NCBI GenBank assembly: GCA_902515775.1
Contig: CABXVU010000002.1
Location: 72,436 to 136,435, forward strand
Origin: an uncultured SAR86 cluster bacterium
Lineage (GTDB): Bacteria; Pseudomonadota; Gammaproteobacteria; Magnimaribacterales; D2472
Direction: 5' to 3'
Length of the DNA stretch: 64,000 nt
Position 1 is the stretch's first letter, and every line of letters starts with the position of its first letter. A model generated the notes under the pieces. It was given only the letters and a program-made list of their open reading frames with translations, was not told where the DNA came from and did not search any database. The position numbers were made by a program, and so were the translations under genes. Of the stretch, positions 1-10,435 are shown piece after piece.

Positions 1-723
1 ATCAGGGAGTATCTTCCCGAAAAATTACAATCTAATACAATAATTTTATATTTTCATGGAGGAGGATATGTCGTTTCAAGTGTTAATACTCATGATGCAT
101 GGGTTAAATTGCTTTCATCTCACTTAAAGGCTAGGGTTTTTTCCCTAGAATACAGATTGGCACCGGAAAATAAATTTCCATTAGCCTTAGAAGACGCTAA
201 TTCAGCTATTGAATGGATCTCTAAAGAAAATAACATACCTATTTCTGAAATTAGTTTATGCGGAGACAGCGCTGGAGGCCACTTAGCAGCCTCTTTATCG
301 ACATATAGATCTCTTAATAACTTTGAGCTTCCTCATTCTCAATGTTTAATATATCCAATGACAGATCCCTTGTGTAATTCAAAATCACAAGTCGAATTTA
401 GCAAAGGCTTTTTTTTAGGTCAGAATTTTATGATTTGGTTTTGGAAGCAGCTTATGGCATCAGATAATAATCACGCTGATCCAACTTTTAACTTAACTAT
501 TGATCCAGATGCTGCACTGCCAAAGACATTGATTATAACGGTAGGATTTGATCCACTGTGTGATGAAGGCGAAGCTTATGCAAGGCAGATTAATAACTCA
601 GGAAATTATGTGGAGCAAATTCATTATCCTCATCTTATTCATGGTTTTGTTAATCTAACGGCTTTGAACTCAGCAAAAATTGCTGCGTTAGATATTATAA
701 AATCCTACAAAAATTTTATTTAA
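1..723 (+). CDS. Alpha/beta hydrolase, HSL-family esterase/lipase (5' truncated by window edge)
   Basis: Frame is open from base 1 (IREYLP...YFHGGGYV). HGGG oxyanion motif, GDSAGG nucleophile elbow, FDPLCDEG and HGF motifs. Confidence 0.9.
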   Translation: MREYLPEKLQSNTIILYFHGGGYVVSSVNTHDAWVKLLSSHLKARVFSLEYRLAPENKFPLALEDANSAIEWISKENNIPISEISLCGDSAGGHLAASLSTYRSLNNFELPHSQCLIYPMTDPLCNSKSQVEFSKGFFLGQNFMIWFWKQLMASDNNHADPTFNLTIDPDAALPKTLIITVGFDPLCDEGEAYARQINNSGNYVEQIHYPHLIHGFVNLTALNSAKIAALDIIKSYKNFI

Positions 724-2322
724 ATGATTCCCTTGCTTAAAATTTCAAATTTATACGTAAATTTTCAAGTAAGAAAAAGTAAATTTTCTGCAGTCAAGAA
801 CTTTAATTTGCTGATTGAAAAAAATCAGATTGTGGGTTTAGTTGGAGAATCTGGGTCTGGGAAATCAGTTACAGCAATGTCGATTATGCGCTTGCTTCAA
901 GAGCCTAAGGCATCATATGGAGAGAAATCTTCAATTGAATTTGATGGTGAGGAAATACTAAGCGCTAATAAGAAATCCTTAAGAAAGATCAGAGGGAATA
1001 AGATTTCAATGATTTTTCAAGAACCAATGACTTCACTTAATCCATATCATAAAGTTGGAGATCAAATTGTAGAATCTATTTTATTGCATAAAAAACAACC
1101 CAAGCATGATGCTATTTTAGAGGCAAAAAATTTAATGGGTTTGGTTGAGATCCAAGATGTTGATAGAAGGTTTAACTCATATCCACATGAACTTTCTGGT
1201 GGCCAGCGGCAGAGAATTATGATTGCTATGGCCCTTGCAAATAAACCTAAATTACTAATTGCTGATGAGCCAACAACTGCACTTGATGTAACAATCCAGG
1301 CTCAAATATTAGATTTAATGATCAAGTTAAAAAATGAAATAGGAATGTCAATATTATTCATCACTCATGACTTAGGATTAATTCAAAAATTTTCTGACAC
1401 TATTACAATTATGCAAGATGGAGAGATTGTAGAGCAGGGAGATACAAAGACTGTTTTTTCAAATCCGCAACATGCCTATACAAAAAAACTTATTGATTCA
1501 GAACCGGAGGCAAAAAAAGAGACATTATCTGAAAAAAACTCATTTATTGATGTTAAAGATCTGAATATTTTTTATCCCTTACCAAACAGAAATTTTTTTA
1601 AGAAAGAATTCTTTCATGCTGTTAAAGATGTGAATTTTTCAATACCAAGACAATCAACAATTGGATTAGTTGGTGAGTCTGGATCTGGCAAATCAACTCT
1701 TGGCAAAGCTTTAGCAGGACTGATTGATTTCAAGGGATCAGTTCTTTTTGATAATCGTAATATTGATCAATTAAATTCAAAAGAATCAAAATTAATCAAA
1801 AAAGATATTCAAATTGTATTTCAAGATCCGTATGGATCTCTTTCACCAAGAATGACAATAGGAGAGATAGTTGGCGAGGGCCTTGATGTTCACTTTAATC
1901 TTAAAAAAAATCAAAAAGATGAACGTGTTGCTGAATATTTGAAATCAGTTGAGATTAACCCAGACGATAGATTTAAATATCCTCATGAATTTTCAGGTGG
2001 ACAAAGGCAAAGAATTGCAATTGCGAGATCTTTAATATTGAATCCATTATTTATGATTTTAGATGAGCCTACTTCTGCACTAGATAGATCAATTCAAATA
2101 CAGATAATTGATTTATTAAAGAAAATTCAAACAGAGTTTAAGTTGACTTACTTGTTTATTAGCCATGATTTGAAGGTTGTTCAATCAATGTCTGATTACA
2201 TATTTGTCATGCAAAATGGAAATATTGTTGAGTCTGGACCCGCAAAACAAGTTTTCTCAAACCCAGAAGAAGTCTATACTGATAAACTTCTTAACGCAGC
2301 ATTGCGTTATTCAACAGTTTAA
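724..2322 (+). CDS. Peptide/nickel-type ABC transporter ATP-binding protein with two fused NBDs (YejF/GsiA-like)
   Basis: Two Walker A motifs GESGSGKS, signatures LSGGQRQR and FSGGQRQR, Walker B DEPT. Confidence 0.9.
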   Translation: MIPLLKISNLYVNFQVRKSKFSAVKNFNLLIEKNQIVGLVGESGSGKSVTAMSIMRLLQEPKASYGEKSSIEFDGEEILSANKKSLRKIRGNKISMIFQEPMTSLNPYHKVGDQIVESILLHKKQPKHDAILEAKNLMGLVEIQDVDRRFNSYPHELSGGQRQRIMIAMALANKPKLLIADEPTTALDVTIQAQILDLMIKLKNEIGMSILFITHDLGLIQKFSDTITIMQDGEIVEQGDTKTVFSNPQHAYTKKLIDSEPEAKKETLSEKNSFIDVKDLNIFYPLPNRNFFKKEFFHAVKDVNFSIPRQSTIGLVGESGSGKSTLGKALAGLIDFKGSVLFDNRNIDQLNSKESKLIKKDIQIVFQDPYGSLSPRMTIGEIVGEGLDVHFNLKKNQKDERVAEYLKSVEINPDDRFKYPHEFSGGQRQRIAIARSLILNPLFMILDEPTSALDRSIQIQIIDLLKKIQTEFKLTYLFISHDLKVVQSMSDYIFVMQNGNIVESGPAKQVFSNPEEVYTDKLLNAALRYSTV

Positions 2323-2324
2323 TT

Positions 2325-3986
2325 ATGTCTAATAGAAAACATTCAAAGAATTTAGTAGACGGTCCCTTTCAGGCTGCATCTCGATCAATGCTTAGAGGTG
2401 TTGGTTTTGAAACAGCTGATTTCTCAAAACCACTAGTTGGCATTGCATCGACTTGGTCAAAAGTAACACCCTGCAATATGCACATCAATGAGTTGGCTGA
2501 TCTCGTTGAGAGCTCAATAGATGCATCTGGATGTAAAGGAGTTCTTTTTAATACTATTACAGTATCTGACGGGATATCTATGGGTACACAAGGTATGAAA
2601 TTTTCATTAGTTTCCAGGGAAGTTATTGCAGATTCAATTGAAACTGTTGTTGGATGCCTTGGTTATGATGGAGTTATTGCAATAGGTGGGTGTGATAAGA
2701 ATATGCCAGGAGCACTTATGGGATTAGCAAGACTGGATAGACCCTCAATTTTCATTTATGGAGGATCCATTCGGCCAAGTTCTATAAATACAGATTATGT
2801 AACAGTTTCTGAAAAAGTAGGCGAATATGCAAAAGGGGATATAACCGAAGATGAGCTCATAGCAATTGAAAAAGTTTCAGTTGTAGGGCCAGGGTCTTGT
2901 GGAGGTATGTATACAGCAAACACCATGGCATCAAGCATTGAAGCATTGGGGATGAGTTTGCCTGGAAGCAGCAGTCAGGATGCAGTGTCTAACGATAAAA
3001 AAGTAGATTGCCAGAATGCTGGGGAGGCAATAAAACATTTACTTGATCTTGACTTAAAACCAAGTGATATCATGACAAAAAAAGCTTTTGAAAATTCTAT
3101 AGCAGTTGTAATTGCGCTTGGAGGATCAACAAATGCTGTTTTGCATCTCATAGCAATTGCTCATTGCATAGGCGTTGACTTAGACCTAGATGATTTTACT
3201 AGGATTGGAAAAGTAACCCCTGTATTAGCAGACATTAAACCTTTTGGTGATCACTTTATGTCTCAATTAAACGAAATAGGTGGAATTACTCCAATGATGA
3301 AAACTATGCTTGATAATAATCTTTTGCATGGAGATTGTATGACCGTAACTGGTAAGACATTAGAAGAAAATCTCACGGATGTAGATCCATATCCTAGCAA
3401 TCAAAAGATTATCATGCCATTGAATAATCCCGTAAAGGATTCAAGTCACTTGAGGGTGCTTTACGGAAATTTAGCTCCAGAAGGAGCTGTAGCAAAAATT
3501 ACTGGCAAAGAAGGGACTGTTTTTACTGGGAATGCCAAAGTCTTTAATTCTGAGGAAGAGGGAATGAAAGCAATTCTTGATAAAAAGATTAAAGATGGAG
3601 ATGTTGTTGTTATAAGGTTTGAGGGTCCCCAAGGTGGTCCAGGCATGAGAGAAATGCTAAAGCCAACATCTGCAATCATGGGACAGGGTTTGGGAGATAG
3701 GGTTGCTTTTATTACTGATGGAAGATTTTCAGGCGGTACACATGGTTTTGTAGTTGGTCATATAAGTCCTGAGGCAGAATTAGGCGGTCCTATTGCTCTA
3801 ATAGAAGACGGAGACGAGATTACCATTGACGCAAATAAGGATATTTTAGAACTCAATATTTCTGATAACGAAATGAAAAAAAGAGTAGATTTATGGAAAA
3901 ATCCTAATTCGTCCCCAAAAAATGGTGTATTAGCAAAATATAAAAAGACTGTTCAATCAGCTTCCAAGGGCGCTATCACCGATTAA
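2325..3986 (+). CDS. ilvD: Dihydroxy-acid dehydratase
   Basis: [40 protein letters not shown] and TDGRFSGG motifs. Confidence 0.95.
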   Translation: MSNRKHSKNLVDGPFQAASRSMLRGVGFETADFSKPLVGIASTWSKVTPCNMHINELADLVESSIDASGCKGVLFNTITVSDGISMGTQGMKFSLVSREVIADSIETVVGCLGYDGVIAIGGCDKNMPGALMGLARLDRPSIFIYGGSIRPSSINTDYVTVSEKVGEYAKGDITEDELIAIEKVSVVGPGSCGGMYTANTMASSIEALGMSLPGSSSQDAVSNDKKVDCQNAGEAIKHLLDLDLKPSDIMTKKAFENSIAVVIALGGSTNAVLHLIAIAHCIGVDLDLDDFTRIGKVTPVLADIKPFGDHFMSQLNEIGGITPMMKTMLDNNLLHGDCMTVTGKTLEENLTDVDPYPSNQKIIMPLNNPVKDSSHLRVLYGNLAPEGAVAKITGKEGTVFTGNAKVFNSEEEGMKAILDKKIKDGDVVVIRFEGPQGGPGMREMLKPTSAIMGQGLGDRVAFITDGRFSGGTHGFVVGHISPEAELGGPIALIEDGDEITIDANKDILELNISDNEMKKRVDLWKNPNSSPKNGVLAKYKKTVQSASKGAITD

Positions 3987-3991
3987 CTTAA

Positions 3992-4984
3992 ATGATTAAA
4001 AGAACATATCCTCAAACAAGGTTGCGCAGAACCCGCGCAAAAAGTTTTTTAAGAGACTTAATTGCTGAGAATAATCTAAACACAGACGATCTAATTCAAC
4101 CAATTTTTATAGCCGATCAATCTGAAGATAAAATTGGAATACCATCTATGCCTGGGATACATAGGCATAATTTAGATTCTTTATACTTCGAGGTAGAAGC
4201 ACTAACCCAAGTAGGAATTAAATCAATTGCCATTTTTCCTGCCATTGATGCAGACAAAAAAGATAAAGATGGATCATATGCATTAGATGAAGGCAATATA
4301 GTATGTTTAGCATTAACTGGCTTAGCAGATAGATTTCCAGATATTATTAAAATTGCAGATGTCGCACTTGATCCATATACAGATCATGGGCACGACGGAC
4401 TTTTGATAAATGGAAGGGTCGAGAATGATGAAACTGTTAGATTGCTGCAAGATCAAGCTTTGCTGTTAGCGCAATCTGGTGCTGATATTGTTGCTCCATC
4501 AGATATGATGGATGGAAGAATAAAGGCCATTAGGGATACCTTAGAATCGAATAAATTTTTTGATACGATTATCCTATCTTATGCTGCCAAATATGCTTCT
4601 AGTTTTTATGGTCCTTTCAGAGAGGCCGTTGGGTCAGCTGCAAATCTTGGTAAGGCCTCGAAGAAAACATATCAAATGAATTTTGCAAATCTCGATGAGG
4701 CTCTTCATGAAGTAGGAATGGATATAGAAGAAGGAGCAGATATAGTAATGGTTAAACCTGGAACTGCTTATCTTGATGTTGTGCATGCAATTAAATCCGA
4801 ATTTCAGGTCCCAACCTTTGTTTATCAAGTTAGCGGAGAATATTCAATGCTTCAATTGAGCATTGAGAAGGGGTGGCTTGATAAAGATGTTATGCTAGAA
4901 TCTCTAATGTGTTGTAAAAGAGCTGGTGCAAATGCCATTCTCAGCTATGCAGCAAAACAAATAGCGGTGGAGCTAAATTCATGA
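3992..4984 (+). CDS. hemB: Porphobilinogen synthase (ALAD), Asp-rich Zn-independent type
   Basis: RLRR, DVALDPYTDHGHDG, APSDMMDGR, SYAAKYAS, MVKPG and YQVSGEY. Confidence 0.95.
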   Translation: MIKRTYPQTRLRRTRAKSFLRDLIAENNLNTDDLIQPIFIADQSEDKIGIPSMPGIHRHNLDSLYFEVEALTQVGIKSIAIFPAIDADKKDKDGSYALDEGNIVCLALTGLADRFPDIIKIADVALDPYTDHGHDGLLINGRVENDETVRLLQDQALLLAQSGADIVAPSDMMDGRIKAIRDTLESNKFFDTIILSYAAKYASSFYGPFREAVGSAANLGKASKKTYQMNFANLDEALHEVGMDIEEGADIVMVKPGTAYLDVVHAIKSEFQVPTFVYQVSGEYSMLQLSIEKGWLDKDVMLESLMCCKRAGANAILSYAAKQIAVELNS

Positions 4985-5307
4985 GTGAAAATGTCAAAGA
5001 GCTAACTTCTGAAAATTTTAATCAAGAGGTTATCGACTCTGAGCAACCGGTTTTAGTAGATTTTTGGGCTGAATGGTGTGGACCATGTAAACAATTAGCA
5101 CCAACTGTAGAAGAAGTTGCTAATGCAATGGTTGGCTCAATAAAGGTTTGTAAAATGGATGTTGATTCTAATCAAGAACTAGCTGTTCAATATGGTGTTA
5201 GGTCAATTCCTACGCTAATAATTTTTAAAAATGGTGATGTATCATCTACACAAATAGGGGCGATCAGTAAGCAACAATTGGAGGAATTTATAGCAGCAGA
5301 AATTTAA
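4981..5307 (+). CDS. trxA: Thioredoxin
   Basis: WCGPCK active site; trxA-rho synteny. Confidence 0.95.
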   Translation: MSENVKELTSENFNQEVIDSEQPVLVDFWAEWCGPCKQLAPTVEEVANAMVGSIKVCKMDVDSNQELAVQYGVRSIPTLIIFKNGDVSSTQIGAISKQQLEEFIAAEI

Positions 5308-5311
5308 AACT

Positions 5312-5340
5312 TTGCATCTTGCGGGAAAACGAATTATCAT
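5312..5340 (+). promoter_or_regulatory. Putative sigma70 promoter of rho
   Basis: TTGCAT-17 bp-TATCAT. Confidence 0.55.
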
Positions 5341-5406
5341 TTTCTCTCCTAGCTTAATAGCTACCCATCAAATCAACACTTAATTCCAAAAAAACCAGAG
5401 AAATTT

Positions 5407-6687
5407 ATGAACTTAACTGAAATGAAAGCCAAACCAATCAATGAGTTGGTTGAAATTGCCGAGAATCTTGGCATTGAAGATGTAGGCAGATTAAAAAAAC
5501 AAGAAATTATATTTCGCATTTTCAAAAAACAAGCAAAAGAGGGTGTTGATATTTATGGTGGAGGCGTGCTGGAAATATTAAATGATGGATTTGGATTTTT
5601 AAGATCTCCTGAGGGCTCCTACTGCTCTGGTCCTGATGATATTTACGTATCTCCAAGTCAGGTCAGAAAATTTAGCCTTAGAAAAGGTGATGAAATTCAT
5701 GGAAAAATAAGACCTCCAAAAGATAGTGAGAGATACTTTGCTTTAGTCTATGTCGATACGATTAACAAAGAGGCCCCTGAGAAAACAAAGAAAAAAATTC
5801 TCTTTGAGAATCTTACTCCGCTTTTTCCAACTGCTCGTTTAACGCTTGAGCAAGGCAGTGGTTCAGCTGAAGATCTCTCATCACGAATTATTGATTTAGC
5901 ATCTCCCATCGGTAAAGGCCAGCGCGGATTGATTGTTTCGCCACCAAAGGCAGGTAAAACATTAATGCTTCAGAGTATTGCTCATTCAATCACTAAGAAT
6001 AATCCTGAAGTTGAGTTAATTGTTTTGTTGATTGACGAGCGTCCAGAGGAAGTTACAGATATGTCGAGAACTGTGAGAGGAGAGGTTGTTGCAAGTACAT
6101 TCGACGAACCACCAACTCGACATGTTCAAGTTGCAGATATGGTTATAGAGAAAGCAAAAAGGCTTGTCGAGCATAAAAAAGATGTTGTAATTTTACTAGA
6201 TTCTATTACGAGGTTAGGCAGGGCATACAATTCCGTTCAACCTGCTTCAGGAAAAATTCTCTCAGGAGGAGTTGATTCAAATGCTCTTGAGAGACCAAAA
6301 AGATTTTTCGGTGCAGCAAGAAATCTTGAGGAGGGCGGAAGTCTTACAATTATTGCGACTGCTTTAGTTGAAACTGGTTCAAAAATGGACGAAGTAATTT
6401 ATGAGGAGTTTAAAGGCACTGGAAATATGGAAATTCACCTCGAAAGAAAAATTGCAGAAAAAAGAATTTATCCTGCAATCAACATTAGACGCTCAGGGAC
6501 TAGAAGAGAGGACCTTCTTACAAGTCCAGAAGAATTACAAAGAATGTTTATTTTAAGAAAAATTCTTGATGATATGGAAGATTCTCAAGCAATTGAATTC
6601 TTGATAGAAAGGCTTAAGTCTGCAAAAACAAATGATGAATTCTTTAGTGCCATGAAGAGCGGCAATGGCAATGGTAAGAAGAAATAA
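5407..6687 (+). CDS. rho: Transcription termination factor Rho
   Basis: [55 protein letters not shown]. Confidence 0.98.
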   Translation: MNLTEMKAKPINELVEIAENLGIEDVGRLKKQEIIFRIFKKQAKEGVDIYGGGVLEILNDGFGFLRSPEGSYCSGPDDIYVSPSQVRKFSLRKGDEIHGKIRPPKDSERYFALVYVDTINKEAPEKTKKKILFENLTPLFPTARLTLEQGSGSAEDLSSRIIDLASPIGKGQRGLIVSPPKAGKTLMLQSIAHSITKNNPEVELIVLLIDERPEEVTDMSRTVRGEVVASTFDEPPTRHVQVADMVIEKAKRLVEHKKDVVILLDSITRLGRAYNSVQPASGKILSGGVDSNALERPKRFFGAARNLEEGGSLTIIATALVETGSKMDEVIYEEFKGTGNMEIHLERKIAEKRIYPAINIRRSGTRREDLLTSPEELQRMFILRKILDDMEDSQAIEFLIERLKSAKTNDEFFSAMKSGNGNGKKK

Positions 6688-6692
6688 TTAAT

Positions 6693-7394
6693 TTAATTAC
6701 TCTTTTTTGTAGCAGCGTTTAAAATATCATTGTCGAGCGGTGACTTTGCTAAGACGCAATCTTTAAAACTATAATTTGATGCTAATTTTCGAATTCTCTC
6801 TGATGCGCAAATTAAAATGATTTTTTCCATTTCATAGGGTTTAAAATTTTTTACTAAAATCTCTAAGCTTTGATGTGTGTAGATTAAAATTATTGATTCA
6901 TCTAATTTTTTAATCTTTGCAAAATCTATATTTTTTTTATCCTGAGATTCGTAACATGGAAATACATCTATATCTGCATTAGTCATTGATAAAAGTTGAG
7001 GAGCTTTATCACCGCAAAAAACTATGCATTTCCTATAATCTTTTTTTGTTATCAACTTTGAAATTCCCTCAGAGTTATAAGTTTTTGGAACAACTGAGGA
7101 GATGCCTAATTCATTCAAGCACCTTTGAGTTGCTATTCCTATGGAGATTATAGGAATGTGATTTACATTCGCACACTTTTCCTGAACAAATTTTATACCA
7201 TATTTTACAGCAGACTGACTGGTGAAAATCACAGCATCATAATCACTTAATTTATCTAACAAGATTTTGGCAGAAGCAGGAGGTTCTAATTCCTCAATCT
7301 TGGTAAAAGGTACATGTATAAAATCACATTTAAGCTCATTGAGTAAATCATTAGTTTTATCAGCAATCTCTGTCGGCCTTGTATTAACAATCAT
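6693..7394 (-). CDS. hemD: Uroporphyrinogen-III synthase
   Basis: N-terminal IVNTRP, IFTSQSAV, IGIATQ; directly downstream of hemC. Confidence 0.85.
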   Translation of the reverse strand: MIVNTRPTEIADKTNDLLNELKCDFIHVPFTKIEELEPPASAKILLDKLSDYDAVIFTSQSAVKYGIKFVQEKCANVNHIPIISIGIATQRCLNELGISSVVPKTYNSEGISKLITKKDYRKCIVFCGDKAPQLLSMTNADIDVFPCYESQDKKNIDFAKIKKLDESIILIYTHQSLEILVKNFKPYEMEKIILICASERIRKLASNYSFKDCVLAKSPLDNDILNAATKKSN

Positions 7395-8306
7395 TTATTT
7401 TTGAATTAGTGTTTTTGCGCCATTGCTTATAAGTTTTTTAATAAAACCCTCCAAAGCTTCAATTTTATTGTCCAATTTAAATATTTCTTTCTGATCATAG
7501 ACTTCAGATCCTTTTTGATTCGACACCCTTACTTTTAGCTCAACATCTTGATCACTAATTTTACAAAGTGCAGAAATTGGTGATAAACAATTACCCTGAA
7601 GAGCTGCAACAACAGTTCTTTCAATTTCTGTGGCTTTAAAAGTTAAATTGTCGTTTATAGATTGAAGTAAATTAATTGTTTCAGCTTCCAGATTTTCTTC
7701 TATAACTTCGATACCAATTGCTCCTTGAGCAGCCGCAGGCAGCATTTCTTCTTGCGAAAATATATAAATATTTGGATGTGAAATTTTTAACCTATTTAGA
7801 GCAGCTTTTGCAACTATCAAACCATCTAAATTTTCTGTAGTCATTTTATCAATTCTTGTTTGAATATTTCCTCTTATGGGCACTATGTTGAAACCAGAGT
7901 TTATTCCAAGTAATTGCGCTTTTCTTCTAGGCCCTGAGGTAGCAATTTTTAGTTTTTTTGATAAATCACTTTTATTTAATTGATCTCTTAATAGCAAAAC
8001 GTCTTCCACTTCTTCTCGTGGAAGTGTTGCTGTAATCGTAAATTTTTTATCAAGGGATGCTGGCACATCTTTTAAACTGTGTATTGCAACATCTGCAATG
8101 CCATTATCTAAAGCTTGCTCAAGCTTAGAAACAAATAATCCCTTGCCTCCAATCATATGCAAAGGTGTATCAGTTAAATCTCCATCAGACTCTACTTTAA
8201 TAACTTCACAAGCACATGTCGGATGATGATGTTGTATTTTTTTAATCACTTCTTTAGTTTGAAGCATTGCGAGGGGAGAGAATCTGGTTGCTATTCTTAT
8301 TTTCAT
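7395..8306 (-). CDS. hemC: Hydroxymethylbilane synthase (porphobilinogen deaminase)
   Basis: IRIATR-SPLA, GGKGLF, HSLKDVP, IRGNIQTR, PAAAQGA and cofactor Cys in GNCLSP. Confidence 0.95.
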   Translation of the reverse strand: MKIRIATRFSPLAMLQTKEVIKKIQHHHPTCACEVIKVESDGDLTDTPLHMIGGKGLFVSKLEQALDNGIADVAIHSLKDVPASLDKKFTITATLPREEVEDVLLLRDQLNKSDLSKKLKIATSGPRRKAQLLGINSGFNIVPIRGNIQTRIDKMTTENLDGLIVAKAALNRLKISHPNIYIFSQEEMLPAAAQGAIGIEVIEENLEAETINLLQSINDNLTFKATEIERTVVAALQGNCLSPISALCKISDQDVELKVRVSNQKGSEVYDQKEIFKLDNKIEALEGFIKKLISNGAKTLIQK

Positions 8307-8851
8307 TGTAAGATCATGAGCCTAACATCCCCAATAATCTTATTCTTAAGGATCTTTCGAGAGTCACTCAATTTAAGCTTAGCGTGTTTATTGGTTTCTA
8401 AAAATACTTTTCCTCCATCATTGATGATTTTACTTTCATAGATTTTGCTTAAAAGATCTGTGTATTTAACTTTATCAAATGGAGGATCAAGAAAAATATA
8501 ATCAAATGCCCTTTTATTTGTTTTTAACCATCTAAAGGCATCATTGTGAATTATTTCAATATTATTTTTATGACCAAGACGATTAATATTTTTCAATATA
8601 TTTAAGTGCAAGACTTTTTCTTTTTCTACAAATGTTACATGTTTAGCACCCCTAGATAGGGCCTCAAGGCCTAGTCCACCGGTACCAGCAAATAAGTCTA
8701 AGCAAGATTTATTTTCTATTTCGAATTGGAGCCAACTAAATAAAGTCTCTTTTGCTCTATCACTGGTTGGTCTTAGATCAGGAGAAGCCCTAAAAACTAT
8801 TCGATAGCTCTTGTTTCTGCCTCCAATTATTCTTATGCTTGACGTGTTCAA
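8303..8851 (-). CDS. rsmD: 16S rRNA m2G966 methyltransferase
   Basis: IRIIGG, LRPTSDR, DLFAGTG, EALSRGA, DPPF; TTG start. Confidence 0.9.
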   Translation of the reverse strand: MNTSSIRIIGGRNKSYRIVFRASPDLRPTSDRAKETLFSWLQFEIENKSCLDLFAGTGGLGLEALSRGAKHVTFVEKEKVLHLNILKNINRLGHKNNIEIIHNDAFRWLKTNKRAFDYIFLDPPFDKVKYTDLLSKIYESKIINDGGKVFLETNKHAKLKLSDSRKILKNKIIGDVRLMILQ

Positions 8852-8887
8852 TTTTTAAATTTTTAAAGATTATAAATTATAACGCTA

Positions 8888-9352
8888 ATGACTAAAGAAC
8901 AATTTTTAATTGCAATGAGATCTTTGGCTGCATCTGTAAGTGTAATTTCTGCAAGAGATGCTTTTGGAGAAACATATGCTATGACGGCATCTTCAGTAAC
9001 TTCTCTATCGATTGATCCACCGGCAATTTTAGTTTGTGTGAATAAAGATGCCAGCATCCACGACACGCTTGTAAAAGATGCATCTCTATGCATCAATATT
9101 TTACAAAAGAATCAGCAAGAAATATCTAATTTATGTAGCTCAAAAGACTCAGAGTCACAAAGGTTTGAAAATGATTTTTGGGATTTAAGCGATACTCCAT
9201 TTTTAAAAGATGCTCAAGCAAATATTTTCTGCAAGATTGATCAGACGCATCCATATCACTCTCATACCATTGTTTTAGCCAAAGCTCTAAAAGCCCAAAG
9301 TTTAGGGGAATTCAACACCTTGATGTATGGTGATGGGAGATATTTAGGTTAA
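8888..9352 (+). CDS. Flavin reductase family protein (HpaC/DIM6-like)
   Basis: MTASSVTSLSIDPP-ILVC, INIL and HSHTIV motifs. Confidence 0.85.
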   Translation: MTKEQFLIAMRSLAASVSVISARDAFGETYAMTASSVTSLSIDPPAILVCVNKDASIHDTLVKDASLCINILQKNQQEISNLCSSKDSESQRFENDFWDLSDTPFLKDAQANIFCKIDQTHPYHSHTIVLAKALKAQSLGEFNTLMYGDGRYLG

Positions 9353-9757
9353 ATGAGATATTTTTTTATATTATTTTTTTCAATTTCATTAAATGCTATT
9401 GAATTAACCCCCAGTCCAATAGATGCTTCAGTCTATTTCATATCTCCTAATAATGAGGAATCAATAAATGGCAAAGTTACAGTTAAGTTTGGCCTTAAAA
9501 ATTTTGGCGTCGCACCAGCCGGAATTCAAATTCAAAATACAGGCCATCATCATTTAATTATAGACGCTGATTTGCCACCTTTTAATATGCCAATTCCTGC
9601 TGATAAAAATCATATACATTTTGGCAAAGGTCAAACAGAGGTTGAGCTGGAACTATCAAAGGGGGAGCACACAATGCAACTTATTTTGGGTGACTTTAGG
9701 CATATACCTCATGATCCTCCAATTTACTCAAAAAGAATTAAAATTTTTATAGATTAA
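9353..9757 (+). CDS. Secreted DUF4399-family protein
   Basis: Signal peptide; VYFISP, GVAPAG, TGHHHLIID, HIHFGKGQTE, LILGD-HIPHDPP. Confidence 0.8.
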   Translation: MRYFFILFFSISLNAIELTPSPIDASVYFISPNNEESINGKVTVKFGLKNFGVAPAGIQIQNTGHHHLIIDADLPPFNMPIPADKNHIHFGKGQTEVELELSKGEHTMQLILGDFRHIPHDPPIYSKRIKIFID

Positions 9758-10353
9758 AAGTCTATTGCCTCTTTTAAGAAGGCTCTAAGGTCATTTCTTG
9801 TATTAATCATTGCTTCTGCAGCATCTGATTCTTTTGCTGAATTTGTTTTAAGGTCTAATATACCTATAAGACCATGCATCATTGCCCAATACTTCATACA
9901 TTTTTGGCTCAGTTGACTTTGATCTATTCCTGGATAAATTTTCATAAGAATTTTTACTAGCACGTCAAATGCTCCGCCAGCAGATTCAAGCAGCTCAGGA
10001 AAATCTGCTTTTTGAATAGAAGGACTATGCATCAGATCATAGATATTTCGTTTTTCAAGACCAAATTCTAGATATGCGAGACCCATTTCTAAGAACTGAT
10101 CCTCTAAAGATAGAGCATTATTTTTTTTCTTTAAAGCCTCGCTCAATCTTTTAGTTAATTCATTGAACCCACGAGTTGAAACTTCTGCCAGAAGACTTTC
10201 TTTGGTTTTAAAGTGTCTATATGGAGCAGTTTGAGAAACATTTGCTTCCTTAGCAATTGATCTGAGGCTCATCTGATCATGACCATCGAGCTCACAAATT
10301 TTGCAAGCGCTTGAAATAAGCTCCTCTTTTAAATTTCCGTGATGATATGTCAT
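9754..10353 (-). CDS. TetR/AcrR family transcriptional regulator
   Basis: MTYHHGNLK start (ATG 10353 preferred over 10383); HTH SLRSIAKEANVSQTAPYRHF. Confidence 0.9.
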   Translation of the reverse strand: MTYHHGNLKEELISSACKICELDGHDQMSLRSIAKEANVSQTAPYRHFKTKESLLAEVSTRGFNELTKRLSEALKKKNNALSLEDQFLEMGLAYLEFGLEKRNIYDLMHSPSIQKADFPELLESAGGAFDVLVKILMKIYPGIDQSQLSQKCMKYWAMMHGLIGILDLKTNSAKESDAAEAMINTRNDLRAFLKEAIDF

Positions 10354-10361
10354 AAGTATAT

Positions 10362-10411
10362 ATGTTGACAGTGAAAACATCATATATATACTATGTTTAC
10401 GCTGTTAACAT
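10362..10411. promoter_or_regulatory. Two 19-bp imperfect palindromes (putative TetR operators) overlapping the efflux promoter
   Basis: ATGTTGACAGTGAAAACAT (10362-10380) and ATGTTTACGCTGTTAACAT (10393-10411). TTGACA at 10365, 16 bp, then TATACT at 10387. Confidence 0.7.
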
Positions 10412-10435
10412 TATTAGCTTATCACAATAATTTTT

